Below, piece by piece: positions 63,807 to 64,000 of a stretch of DNA of 64,000 bases (position 1 is the stretch's first letter; every line of letters begins with the position of its first letter). The notes under the pieces were generated by a model that saw only the letters and a list, made by a program, of their open reading frames with translations, did no database searches and was not told where the DNA came from. A program made the position numbers and the translations under genes. The stretch lies in contig NC_086097.1 of the NCBI RefSeq assembly GCF_963921235.1, positions 215,762,001-215,826,000 of the forward strand, read 5' to 3'. The DNA comes from Mobula hypostoma. Lineage: Eukaryota.

Positions 63807-64000
63807 ACTTAGCTATAAACTCCAACTCAATTGTCAAGTTTATTGTCATTTAGCTACATACGTATATATAACCATTTAACATATATAGATACAAGGCAAC
63901 GTTTCTTTGAACCAGGGCATAAAGCACATAACACACTATGACTTATGAAGGTAAGGATAAAATCTACAGCTGAATCACATATAAATAACAAACCAAAGTG

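Overview
This is a eukaryotic, TE-saturated, apparently intergenic or intronic window. The repeat repertoire suggests a cartilaginous fish such as a ray or shark (inference). It contains CR1 LINEs, Rex1/Babar LINEs, Penelope-like elements (PLEs), V-domain SINEs, Tc1, hAT/Buster and Gypsy-type LTR elements. No host gene exon could be supported. Highlights: (1) A young, essentially full-length CR1 LINE (30825-35030) has an intact 999-codon ORF2 with no AUG until codon ~202. ORF2 overlaps ORF1 in the -1 frame exactly at a U_UUA_AAC slippery heptamer followed by a G-rich tract. The heptamer+stop and the -1-frame peptide are conserved in a diverged CR1 family in the same window, pointing to programmed -1 ribosomal frameshifting. 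(2) The PLE terminal repeats carry minimal hammerhead ribozyme motifs (several intact, many CpG-decayed), with clean 12-15 bp TSDs, a structured 3' domain and fold-back insertions. (3) There are many nested insertions whose order can be read from TSDs. Boundaries of old, degenerate repeats are approximate and family names come from recognition, not database search.
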